NCBI GenBank assembly: GCA_965645245.1
Contig: OZ287080.1
Coordinates: 62,001-126,000 of the forward strand
DNA: 64,000 nt
Reading direction: 5' to 3'
Origin: Massalongia carnosa
Taxonomy: Eukaryota
Below, piece after piece: positions 45,001 to 56,692 of the stretch (its first letter is position 1; every line of letters begins with the position of its first letter). Both the position numbers and the translations under genes were made by a program. The notes below the pieces were generated by a model. That model had not been told where the DNA came from. It made no database searches and saw only the letters and a list, made by a program, of their open reading frames with translations.

Positions 45001-47070
45001 TGCACTAGACCCAGGAATTCTGTTGCTCGGGTCCTTGGAGTACGATTTATTTTCCGCTGTTGTCTACCCATCATGCATGGGCCGCATACTTCTTCTGGTA
45101 TGGGTCCTTCGATGGTGACTCCATTGGCTAAGTGATTTAGTTTTAGGAGGTTTGGATAGCCGAGGTGGCCGAGTCGTTCGTGCCATATTTGAATAGGGGA
45201 CTCTGCAGAATTTGTGGTGGTGAGGGCTCGTGCACCGATAGGGCTGACGGTGGTTTCCAAAATATATTGATTATCTATCGTTTTGGCCAGTCCAATCACC
45301 TTTCCTTTGTGCACTAATTGTGCGGGCTGCTCGTCCGCCATCAGGTATGTTGCTATGCCTTTCTTACCAAGCTTAATAGTGCTGATGAGGTTAAATTTTA
45401 GGCGTGGGGAGTATAGGACATCGGTCAGAATGAGGTCAGTTTGACTCCCATTGCCATTGTCCAGCGGGATAAGCAGAGAGCCTGTGCCCTCTGTTGGTAG
45501 TACTTCTCCGGACCCTGTCTCTAGAAAGTTGTACTCGCTCCGAAAGGTTCCTTCTAGAAAGAAGTCCTTGTTGCAGAGAATATGTGAGGTTGCACCGGAG
45601 TCGAGTAACAAGCTTTGGGGACGTTGGGGGCTTTGGGACGGTTTTGCCATACAAATAAGCGGTGTTTCCTGGGTACTTTTCCCGGAACATTCCCTTATCA
45701 TACAGACTATTTGTGGCTTTGAGGCTTCATGGCCCCCTTCCTCGCAAACGCTTTCTAAATGGCCTACTTTACCACATGTTTTGCATTTGGAGTCGATATA
45801 CCTGCATGTTCCGGGGTGAAACTTCCCGCAACACTTGCATTTGGTCTTACCCTCTCCGGACTTTGCTCCGGAGGGGTGCTTTTTGTTGTTAGTCTTCCCT
45901 TTTGTCTTTAGCACATTGGCTGTGGCAATGGGGTCCTGGCGCATGCGAGCTTCCTCGTCCTCCAGGTTTTTCAACAAAGCATCCAGCGCAGGGAATTTAT
46001 CCTCACGCCGGGCTTGCTCGTTCAGTATTGTAAGATAGGTGCTGAACGAGTTTCCTAGTCCATTCAGGAGCCTGAGCACAACTATTTGTTCGACAGTCAG
46101 GGCCATGTCGGTGATCTCGGCCTTGATGTTCCTGACAAGGCTTCCGTATTCTTCGATGGACTTGCACTTTTCATATTTTATCTCCTCTAGCCGGTTGAAG
46201 GTGCTCCATTTGGCACTCCAATTCTTTAGAGTGTACCGGGTTTTTAGATGTTCCCAAAGATCTTTTGGGTCCCAGACTGCTCCATTAGCTAGGTCTCTCA
46301 TGGACAGGAATTCTTGCTGCACGTCGTCCGTGCACATCTTTCCTATCTTACCAACTACCCTCCTTTGTTTCTCCAAGAACTCTAGTCGTTCAAGGTCCCT
46401 TTGGTCTCTTTTGTCGAGTTGTTCTTCTGTTTCTGATGATTCCTCCGGAGGGTCTCCCTCTTTCTCACTAGGTTTATTAGGTGGAAGGGGAATCTCTCGG
46501 GGCATTTTCCGAGCACCAGTCACATAACTCCAGAGTTCCGCTTCCTGCAGGGCGAAGGCCATGTCTCTAGACCATTTCTTATAGTTACCACTCCCCATGA
46601 GTTTGGGGAATGTGTACAGACTCTCTCCTTTAGCCATGCCAGAGAAAGTGGTGTAGAAGCAGGGAAGGGTCTCCCGGTATGGAGGGGATACTAGCAGAGA
46701 ATATATATATATATTGAAGGATGGGGCAGATGGAGAGGTGGAGGTATGTTTTGACAATCAATGTGGGGGCTTATTCGACGAAGTGGAAGTGAGCCGGGCT
46801 CATAACCTGATGAATAGTAAAATTCACGTGTAGGTATAATAGCATGATTGTCATTGAAGGTATGGATTATATGTGAGCTATCTACTTCATTATATAGCAG
46901 TCACATTGGAGACCTTTCGGCGACCCTTTTCATAAGGAGTCAGCCGATCCACTGAATCTCGGTCCCCGGAGGGCATCTCGGCCCCCGGAGGTCATCTCGG
47001 TCCCCGTGGTAGAGTCGCCGAAGATAAGCACTAGATGAATGCCCATGATGGTAGCCCCTACCATCTGACA
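42027..47070 (-). mobile_element. Full-length Ty1/copia LTR retrotransposon (family B), young
   Basis: 263-bp LTRs at 42027-42289 and 46808-47070 (2 mismatches seen), TSD TTCTT, PBS GGTTATGAGCCCGG, PPT GAATGGGAG. Confidence 0.95.
42337..46637 (-). pseudogene. Copia B gag-pol (Gag-PR-IN-RT-RH) with one premature stop and one frameshift
   Basis: ORFs 43818..46757 and 42441..43808 are in the same frame, separated by a TAG where relatives have TGG (WEQ*KKAM). A frameshift near 42525 lies before NPEFHRRTKHI. Confidence 0.9.
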
Positions 47071-49046
47071 TTCTTGATTCTCGATGCATTTCCAGCTCCG
47101 TGCCATCGATAATCGCATTCAAAACAACTTCATTTGAATTGTCTACAAATGAGTCCCATTCCTCAGCCCGAGCGGGATCACTCCATTGCATAGATTTTCT
47201 GATTTTCGGTCGGCATTGACTCAAACCATACTCAATGTCAGCTACTTTTGTCGGTTGGATTTGACGAGGTAGGGGTAGAGGTAATGAGGGCTCATTATTC
47301 AGACTGTTAAATGAATCATTGGGATCATTGGGATTGAAATTTTTCAGCTGACGAATGCATACCTTTGGATCAATCGGCCACATCCGACTTTTCAAATGCA
47401 TGCCGAATCGTAGAAGTCTTAAATGTATGATTTCTGATTTTGGTCAAGTCCTGTATAAATTGAGACAGAGAATACTCGACAAATTACGACGCAACGACTT
47501 CCTCAATAGCTATGCAATGCCAATGCTTATAAGGCTGAAATACGCCCACATCCAATGGTTGCATGCAATGAGTTAAATGCGGTATAAAGGAAAAGGGTCG
47601 AATGCGATTCTCATTGGCCAAAAGTGTAAATTCAGGGGTTGTATGACTGCCATGATTATCCATGAGCAATAATTGCCATTCCGCATCAGGTCCTGCATTT
47701 GTATATTTGATAAGATGCTTCAAATATTCAATTGCTATCTTATCAGATGTAAAACCACTGTTCGAGGGCACGACATACGTGCCCTCGAACATACCTTCTA
47801 AAAACCATGTGGCCATGATGTCATGACCCTGTACGATGATCATTGGAGGGGGCGGATAGTCGCCGGCAGCATTGATAGTCTCAATAACTGTCGCAGATCT
47901 GCGATTTTCCGGGCTGACGGCGTAGAATTGTTTGATTTCCTCAGGAACAATGATTTCCTGACCCCTCATGCATCCAACCCGAAAACCAGCTTCATCAAAG
48001 TTCAAAATATTCCGACTTTTTCGAATTTTCAACTCTTTCAACACCTCTCTATGCCTTTCAAACCATTCTATCACATCTGATTCTTGGGCAGCTTCATAAC
48101 GAATCATTACTAGTGGTTTTGTCTTTATTTTATGAAGTTTGTTACATTTCCACCAGCTCCGAAACCATCTTCTTGACGGGCCTACCTCGAGGGGGTTATG
48201 GGCCTTTTTCAGACTTACAATAGCCTTGAAAACTATCTGATGTGTAGGAAGAATTCCATGCATCAATAAGGACTTAATAAAGCCAGTAATTGACCTTGCC
48301 TCATGCTCCCTCAGTATCTGATTTTGTCCTCCATTTTTCCTCCCTTCTGGTCAACGAATGGAAGACGTCAAAGTTTTGACGTTGATATTGTAGATTCTAG
48401 CTGCAGTCGTTTTACTTTCTTTGGGATGATTTGTCAGAAATTCCTTCGCCTTTTCCAATCTTTCCATGGGGTTGAGAGTGGAGACAAGGGAGGCGTCGTT
48501 ATCCATGATACGAAAGGGGAGATTGGTTTGGGGGATTGATTCGAGAGGAAAGAATTTGAATTGATGATCAGTTGGGTCTGAGAAATAATTTTCAAGCTAT
48601 GTACGGTATCGACTGATTTTTAATCAATGTGTTTGTTGGTCAATAATCAAAAAGGTGAAGAAATTTGAATTTGGGGGGATGCAACCGCTTTCCGGGATGC
48701 AACCGCTTTCCCCGACTAAAATGCGGTCGACATTTTTTCAAGTCTGATCCAGGAGGTAAGCGAGCCGACGATTAGCCGTGAACTCTATATGGAATCTACT
48801 GGCCCACTCGGAGCTACTCGATCTCTTGATTGATCAAGAGTTGTAGCAGGAGGCACGGCTAGCTGGACGCTGCTTGAGATCGGCCTCCCCAGTGTAAACG
48901 TCCGCTTCAACCTTTATTGCTATGCTGGTAGTGATGTCGGCTGAATAAACCTGCATGACCTTATAGTCTAGACCTTGGGTCTAGAGGCAGGTCCGCAGTG
49001 TAGAGAGAGATTCAGTCGGAGGTAACCTTCCACCGCTACGTTGGTA

Positions 49047-49317
49047 CGGGATATCCCGGTGAAACGCCGAACCCGGTGAGAACGCCGAAAATTCTAAATT
49101 TCGGCACTTTGCTATTTTTTGCTACCATGCGACAACCACCACGATTGATATACTGAAGCTTTGGTAAAATGTACATAGAAGGTGTCCAATCTGATGTATA
49201 GAAAAAAAATTCTATTCGCCAAAATGATTTGGCTTTCGCACCTTTCTCCCCCTAGATGTACGAGAAATTATCATTTCCACTCTACTAACCACCTCGACAT
49301 CATCACTTTGCTCCTGG
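49047..49317 (-). mobile_element. 3' end of another TA-flanked DNA transposon (probably pogo-like)
   Basis: The terminus TA|CGGGATATCCCGGTGAAACGCCGAACCCGGTGA is similar to 55572. The minus-strand peptide end ...SRTSRGRKVRKPNHFGE* is typical of such transposases. Confidence 0.55.
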
Positions 49318-51331
49318 TATGAAGTATAAATTCACTTTGTAGGTATAGTAGCATGATTGTCATTGAAGGTAATTATCTATGTGGGCTATTTGTCTGCTTT
49401 ATATAGCAGTCACAAAACATTCACATCTAGCAGGTCAGACCTTGTCCTCCTGGCGGTCAGACCTTGTTCTCCTGACGGTCAGACCTTGTCCTCTTGACGG
49501 TCAGACCTTGTCCTCCTGACGTTCAGACCTTATCCCCCTGACGGTCAGACCATGTCTCCTATCTCTGCTTGTTTAGGCACTTTGCAAGGCACCTCCCGAG
49601 GCTCATGATAGATGCCCTTGATGATGGTGGTCTCATCATCTAACATCCAACACTCCCATTCAGCCATCTTGAGGCTCTCCGGATATTTTTGCCTCTTTGG
49701 GTTTAGCCCATGCCAAGCATTGACTTAAAGTCCTCAAAGGGTTTAGCGGCCAGTGGCTTTGTAAGCCCATCTGCCACCATCTCTGTGGTAGGGATAAACT
49801 TGATGCTTACCCTTCCCAATTCAACCACGTCCCTGATCCAATGCCATTTGATTTCGATGTGCTTGTTCGACGGTGGAATTCGGGGTTTTCAGCCAATGCA
49901 ATTGACCCTTGATTGTCCCCTCGAAGTAGGACAGGGGTGTCCTTCCGATATCCTAACTCGGCCAGAAATCGCGCGCACCAAATGGCCTCTTTAGCTGCTT
50001 CCGTCAGGGCCATATATTCGGCCTCGCAGGTGGATAGGGCGACGGTAGGTTGTAGCTTGGAACAGTGGAAAATTGGGGCGCCTGCTAACAAAAACGTATA
50101 GGCCCCGGTCGATTTTCTTCCATCTTTCGTTCCAGCATAATCGGAGTCCGAGTATCCCACAATGTCATCCTCGGTGTCTTTTCTAAACACGAGGCCTGTA
50201 TATAGGGTACTGGATATATAGCGCATAATGCGCTGAAGATATTTGCAGTGTAATGGGCCTGGGTTCGAACAATATCGACTCAGTACTCCCACTGCATAAG
50301 CGATGTCGGGGCATGTATGCATGGCTGGCCACATCAGCGAGCCCACCACCGACTGGTACCAGGTAATTGTTTCTTTGTCGGCCTGGTCATCCGACGGCAT
50401 GAGTGTTTCCGGCACCGGGGTCCATGGGGGTGGAAATGGGCCTGCAGTCGACCATATTAAATCGCTGTAGCACCTTCTTCAGGTAGGTTGTTTGTCGAAG
50501 AGTTATAACCGATTTTTCGATGTTGACATCGACTTCGATTCCCAGATAATGGGAGACTTCTCCCAAGTCCGTCATGCGGAAACGGGACTTCAATTCGTGT
50601 TGCAATTGCTACAATTTTGAAGTGTCTTTTCCGAAGATGAGAAGGTCGTCAACGTAAATCGCTATAAAGATATCGTCCGATACAAAGACTCCATGATCAG
50701 AATATGTTCGTTTAAACCCCATCTTTTGCAGAAAATCCTGCAGGGTCTGGTACCATACACGAGGGGATTGTTTTAGGCCATATAGGGCCTTTCGCAGTAA
50801 GCAGACCTTGTTCTCCCCTTTTTCGAACAAGGTGGGTTGTATGACATATATAGCTTCATCTAGGAAGCCATACAGGAAAGCAGTCACCACGTCCATGTGC
50901 TGAATGGACAGTCCCTTCTTTACACTGATTCCCATCAATGCCTTATAAGAGACTGGTTTTACCACTGTGGCAAAGGTGTCGAGGTAGTCCAGGCCTTCCT
51001 TTTGTTTATAGCCATGAACTACCCATCTCGCTTTGTATTTCAGTATTTTCCCATCTCTGTCTTTCTTTATTTTGAACACCCAGCGACCGGTGATCACCTT
51101 TCGATCAATCGGTGCCCTTTCTAGTGTCCAAGTTTCATTCTCCACTAGCGATTGATACTCGGTCTCCATGGCCTTTCTCCATTGATCCCAGTGGGGTGAG
51201 GACATAGCCTCTTTCAGTGTCAAAAGATCATCGAGGCCCTCATTGTCCTCGCCTCCTGCCAGGGTTGCTAGCACCCGCACCATGTGCTCATGGGATTTCG
51301 GGACCTGGTTTGAACTGAATACGGTGTTGAT
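49318..51331 (-). mobile_element. 3' half of a second copia C copy (RT, RH and complete 3' LTR 49318-49652)
   Basis: Near-identical reverse complement of 35892-37736. It is cut exactly at the hAT TIR. Confidence 0.92.
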
Positions 51332-54300
51332 CAGTGTTCGCAATGGAGTGATTCTTAATAGATATCCACTCCATTTAATCCATTCCAATCCACTCCAAAG
51401 GTTTTTTTTTTAAATGGAGTCCATCCAATAAGGTTTTAGGCTTAATGGAGTCACTCCAATAAGGATTTATCTAATGGAGTGGACTCCATGGAGTCCAATG
51501 GATTAGGGCCTAAAAATAGGTGGTGTTTTAGGTATAGCTCCAGGGGCCTTAAAGCTATGGTAATTCCCACATTTTAAGTGATATTTCACTTGTTTTACTG
51601 CTTTTATTCGTGTCAACCTACAAATATCACTTGCTATGGACTGAATTTGCTTCTATTTAAACTAGAAACCACCAAAATCCGTCCCGAACCGTACTTGCAG
51701 TAATGTCTGATATTAGTGACGATACAACTACAACCCGCCCCGACCCTGGCGAGATAGAGTCAGTATTTGAGCTTCCTGGAGCATGTGATATCGACGTTCC
51801 TGAACGTATTACGCGTGGCAGAAAGCGTACGGTTGGTTCAGCAGAGCTTGGGAATGAAGCTTCAAGAGTATTGATCCATATCCTTTATTTAATCAAGCTT
51901 ATATATTAATATATGGCAGAGGTCTCCATCCCAGTCAGCCCTGAGCTTTTCTCGACGTTCCACTGCACCCTCCACGACTTCCCAAGCTACGGAGCGTCCC
52001 CATATCATCCTGAGCGGCACTATATACTCTGAGAACGACAGGAACGCTCCTGGTAACCATTCCAGCAGCCCTTCTAGGCCGTCACCTATAACCTCTATTG
52101 AAGGCAGGGTTATTGGTGGCCGGTTTTCGTCTCCTACAAGTGGAATAGCTTCAAAGAGAGCTAGAGCGAGCCGTAGTTGGATATGGGATTGGGGCACCAA
52201 GGCAGAGAGGAAGGGCAAGGCCTATTGGGTGTGTAACAAATGTAAAGTACCAGATTTATACTTATTTGCCGTGTTTGCTATGAAAATTTGTATAGAACTC
52301 GGTGTAATTCCGCCCATTTTATATGTACCGAACCATCGAGTTGTCATTTTGACATGTACTATACATTTGTCCAATATCTATTTAATTTATATTAACGATT
52401 ATTAAAGCTAATTAACTACAGGTGTTGCAGACGGTTCTAATACTGAGTATATGATCACAAACGGCACTGCTTCATGTGGAGAGCACTTACGAAAGGACCA
52501 TAATCTTGTTCCACCTAAGGAAGCAGCTGCTAGGGCATCTATCTCTGTTGTTGAACATCTTCAACAAGGGGTAGTAGTTGCTCCTTTTAGTCCAGAAGTC
52601 TTTCGACAAAAGCTCTTACGATTTCTTTGTATTTGTCATATTCCTTTTGCCATTGTAGAGCAGCGTGCTTTTCGAGACCTGCTTTTATATTCAAGTCCGT
52701 ATTTACGAGGCAATGATACACTCCCCAAGTCGGGCAATTCCATTAAAGCTGCACTATTAGAGATATTTCTAGCTTGTCAACTTGTATTGATTCAGTTATT
52801 AGTGGAAAGCAACTGCCAAGTCCATATATCCCTCCTAATAATTTCTCTATGCTAGGTCTTTGCTGTCACTTTATTGATCGTTCCTGGCAAGCACGTACAG
52901 TGATTCTTGGCATGAAGCGTCTTATTGGACCCCATAGTGGAGAGAATATGTCAAAATTAATAGTCAAGGCCCTTGAAGTTTATAAACTAGGGGGTAGGCT
53001 CGGCTACTGTGTTTTGGATAATGCCGGTGATAATGACACTTGCTTGAGAGCAGTCGAGGAACATCTCCTTTTGCAGGGAGTTAGGTGGGACGCTGATACT
53101 CACCGACTACGTTGTTTCGGCCATATCGTTAATCTCGTGGCAACTGCATTCTTAGAGAACAAACCTACGAAGCAAGCGCGTCAACGACTCCCAGGGGAGC
53201 CCAAGGCAGTCTGGAAACGTCCAATAGATGCTATTACGAAGCTTCATGTGATTATTGTCTTTATAATGGCCACCGCTCAAAGGATCGAGCAGTTTGAAGG
53301 GATTAATAAGACGATTCAAGACCCTCTCTTGCATCCAATTAAAGAGCAAATCACTAGATAGTTTTCAACTCTTAATATGCTTCGACGGGCCATTCAAATC
53401 AAAGACTCTCTTGATCTATTCGTCCAGCGTAACTCTGAGCAATCATTTACTGAGAAGACTCTTTTTGATTCGCAAATGACGGTTGACGATTGGAACTACG
53501 CCAAGGGAGTGATTGCTTTTATGGAACCACTCGAAGAGCTTATGATGAGTTTACAAGGAAGAGAGATGTCTGGTATATTATATAAGCTTTAAATAACTCG
53601 ATAATCACTAAGCTTTTAATAGGAAATAATGGTTACGCTCACCAAGTGCTCCCTTCATATGATTTAATAAAAAAGGGGATGGAAGAGCAGCTATTTGGCT
53701 TTGAGCTTGATGAAGTCGATCAGTCAAACCCACAGGAACTAGCTAGTAAACGACTGGAACTGAACATTATTAACGCCATGCAAAAGCTAGAGAAATACCG
53801 TCAACTACTCACTTCCCCTATTTATTTAGTGGCCGTCGTCCTGATGCCCTGGTATAAGTGGACTTATTTTGAGGATAGTATGAGTGCTAGTGACCTTGCT
53901 CAAGCTCGTACGAAGGTCCAAAAACTTTGGCAAGACTTATATGCAAATATAGAGGTTGCTGAAGATGATACACCGTCACCTGGAAGTCAAAATAATAAGG
54001 TATATTAACACTTATTAATATAAAAACACGGCTAACTATATTTGTAGCACGCTAAGCCCTCCCTTTTGAAGGAACACCTTAAAAGGAGTACAAACAAAGC
54101 TAAATCCACTGTCAGAGATGAATATAGACGGTACTGTAATACAGAACCAGTTGATGAAGATGGTTGCGGGTTCTCTGGCCACTTAGAATGGTGGAAAGCT
54201 CACGAGCCTCACTATCCTAGACTAGCTCAAATGGCCAGGGATATATTCTCTGTGCCTGGCATGAGTGCAGAGGTCGAACGCTTGTTCTCTTCGTCCAAAT

Positions 54301-55124
54301 TGATGATTCCAGATCATAGGAATCGTCTAAAACCCGACTTTATTGAGGCAGGAGAGTGTATTAGAAGCTGGGCCATGGGTGGGCTAGTTCTAGGAGACTA
54401 TTTCGAGTACTTACCAGCGTACCAGAAGGCAGGAGAGAAGTTCGGGGATCAAGGGAACCCATAGGAGGTGGGATGAGTGCATGGTTGCCAAGGGGACTAG
54501 AAGTTGATATTTGCTATGTTTGATGGCAAATTTGGCATTGCTGGAAAGGTTCTTTTAGGTATCTTTTGAATTTTTCCTAGTTAATTTTAGTTGAAAGGTT
54601 CAAAAACTACTTTGAGTTCGTGGAGAACAAATGCAAAAACACTCCTTCCTCATCACTTCAACATCGCAACCTCAATCTACCACCTATATTTCAGACTCTA
54701 CCCCCTAGCCGAGGTTTACCGGGCCATGGAAGGTGCGAAAATCCAGCCAAAATCATCAAAACACAAAGGTCGTCGTCCTCGCTTAGCTGGGTCGTCGTCT
54801 CGATTAGGCAATTTATATCTACTACAAAGTGGTTTTACGCTCGAGGGAGGTTCCGGAAAGGTTTGTACGCACTGCACTTCAGTGGAGTCCATGGAGTCCA
54901 TGGATTAAATGGATTAAATGGATTTAATCCAGTGGAGTCCACTGGATTTACTCCACTGGAGATCCGTGGACTCCGATCCACTCCATCCATTAAATATATT
55001 CCTTAATGGAGTCCAATCCATTAAGGTTTAATCTTAATGGACTCCAATCCATATAGGTCTAGACTTAATGGATTGGATTGGAGCGCCACTCCAATCCAAT
55101 CCAGTCACTCCATTGCGAACACTG
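51332..55124 (+). mobile_element. hAT DNA transposon (Restless/Tfo1-like)
   Basis: 20-bp TIR CAGTGTTCGCAATGGAGTGA / TCACTCCATTGCGAACACTG and dense subterminal ATGGAGT/ACTCCAT repeats at both ends. No 8-bp TSD. Confidence 0.92.
51703..54464 (+). pseudogene. Multi-exon hAT transposase pseudogene
   Basis: BED finger (WVCNKC | intron | ...EHLRKDH), LDNAGDND, RLRCFGHIVNL, and dimerisation domain WWKAHE..YPRLAQMARDIFSVPGMSAEVERLFS. Probable GT-AG introns lie near 51868, 52242, 53573 and 54000. The first catalytic DxW motif is deleted at about 52830 and there is a TAG at 53359. Confidence 0.85.
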
Positions 55125-55571
55125 CTAATGCCTTCCGGAAGTGCTCCAACCGTAATTAGCCTTTCCGCCTCACCGCCGCGCACAGCAATCCGCAAATAGA
55201 ACACGATGAAATTTTCTCTTATTGCCTCAATGACACGTGCTTCATAGATGTCAGATTATCATCCGTTAATTGATCAGGTTATCCTCAATATCCAGACCTG
55301 TGTCAAAAGTCAGCGGCCCAACACGTGATTTTCGCGATTTCGCGTTTTCATCTCCTCAATCGCGCGGGTGAAAAAAACTGACAACGTGTAGTTTAACAAG
55401 TTTACCTTGCTAGAATTCAACCCTTTCTATTTTTTGTTATTCATTGATTATGTCTTCTTGAGTTTTCAATTGCTATCAGCAAAATAGATTAGATTAGATC
55501 AGATTCAGTTTAATTGTATCGATTACTTAAGACCTTTAACGATGTCTTAAACAATCTTGTTGAAATAGGTA

Positions 55572-55735
55572 TGGGATTTCCCGGTGAAACGCCGAACCCG
55601 GTGACAACGCCGAAGTTTAGAAAATTACTCCGCACCACCTTACCTTCTTCAACCATGAATAACACTACCACCACCGGTCCAAGAAGAGGCTCTAATATCA
55701 CAAATCAATAGAGGAATACCTCCTACCCCTACAGT
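55572..55735 (+). mobile_element. 5' end of a TA-flanked DNA transposon related to the 49047 end; target of the gypsy insertion
   Basis: TA|TGGGATTTCCCGGTGAAACGCCGAACCCGGTGACAACGCCGAA closely matches the 49047 terminus. Confidence 0.5.
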
Positions 55736-56692
55736 TGTGCGCAATTTGGCAGAAGAAATGATCAAGTCGTCAGTAGGTAGGAACTGGGCGGGAGAATTCA
55801 CTAAGTGAAATCAAGATAGACTTAAAAGTCTATATTTACGCTGTAGGGGGGTGGAGCGGTGATACTCTAAATTCAAATTGCTAGCGGTTCGGGAGTTGGT
55901 TCTTTTCGGCTGATACTCGGTAAAGGTAGCGGGGAAGTCAGGTGACAGTCTTTCTTTTAGCTTAGTTATAGATAGTTCTTTTCCTTTTGGAGCAAGCATG
56001 CTCGTAGCAATAGCTACAACACATAGCATCAACACATACAGTTCACAGGCACGAGGCACGAGGCACGAGGCATACAGAGACCAGTCTAGCTATTGTCCTT
56101 ATTCTATTGTTCTGTTCTTCTCTTGTTTGTTTGTTCTCTTGCACTCCTAGCAGTAGTGGACCACGCACACCACCCAGTTCATCCTTCCACATTTGGCGAC
56201 CACGGTGCGATCTCTATTTGACCGGGAGCAGAAATCAAACGACGAGTCTAGACAGACATGTGAGACAGACAGTAGACTTACAGCGACAGCGACAGCGACA
56301 GCAAATAGCGACAGGAAACAGCGACAGGAAGCAGCGACAGCGTACAGATATCTAGAGATAGTGGAAAAACGACATACAGTGACCGGAGAAAGACAGAAAG
56401 AACGGGGGCATCCATTTGACCCTGACAACGAGGCACGAACAGACCTCTCAAGAACGCGCGGACTCGGACATAGCGACGGGACGACCCCATACAGCTTGCG
56501 ACACGGTGGAGACGGTCTAGGTACTAAAAGAATTGACATCGAGACGAAGACAGACGGAAAAGTGACCGCATTACGGACCGGACCAATCAGGAGCCTCGGA
56601 ATTGCGACTCGGCAGTTGAAGTCGACAGCCTAATCCCGTTTGAGAACATCGCCACATTTAGCGAATGCCTCAATGATTTAGCGACGGCGTGA

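Larger units (their letters stand above)
41318..48506 (-). pseudogene. DDE_1 transposase of pogo copy 2
   Basis: ILNFDEAGFRVG, LLMDNHGSHTT and HCMQPLDVGVFQPYK (47484..48266). The pieces on either side of the copia are colinear with copy 1; several stops and frameshifts. Confidence 0.87.
41180..48772 (-). mobile_element. Fot1/pogo-like DNA transposon, copy 2 (related subfamily), with nested copia B
   Basis: TIRs ATCGTCGGCTCGCTTAC... / ...GTAAGCGAGCCGACGAT of about 170 bp, with TA on both sides (41178-79, 48773-74). Confidence 0.92.
41081..49044. repeat. Older diverged fragment of LTR family S (41081-41177 plus 48775-49044), split by pogo copy 2
   Basis: TTGTTATCACGTTCTAGACTGCTTACAGATCAAACACCTGTCGAGGCC... 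aligns to the interior of 11345-12376 with many substitutions and continues colinearly after 48774. Confidence 0.8.

Noticed and set aside
6048..48772. Starship or other giant element enclosing the cluster
   Set aside because: No tyrosine-recombinase (DUF3435) captain or cargo genes are visible, and each pogo copy has its own paired TIRs.
32703..49652. LTRs at 32703 and 49318 as ends of one rearranged element
   Set aside because: The outer flanks (ATTTC versus CCAGG) do not match as a TSD, and RT/RH is present twice.
49047..55620. Similar termini at 49047 and 55572 as two ends of one composite transposon
   Set aside because: They are in direct rather than inverted orientation, so they belong to two separate copies.
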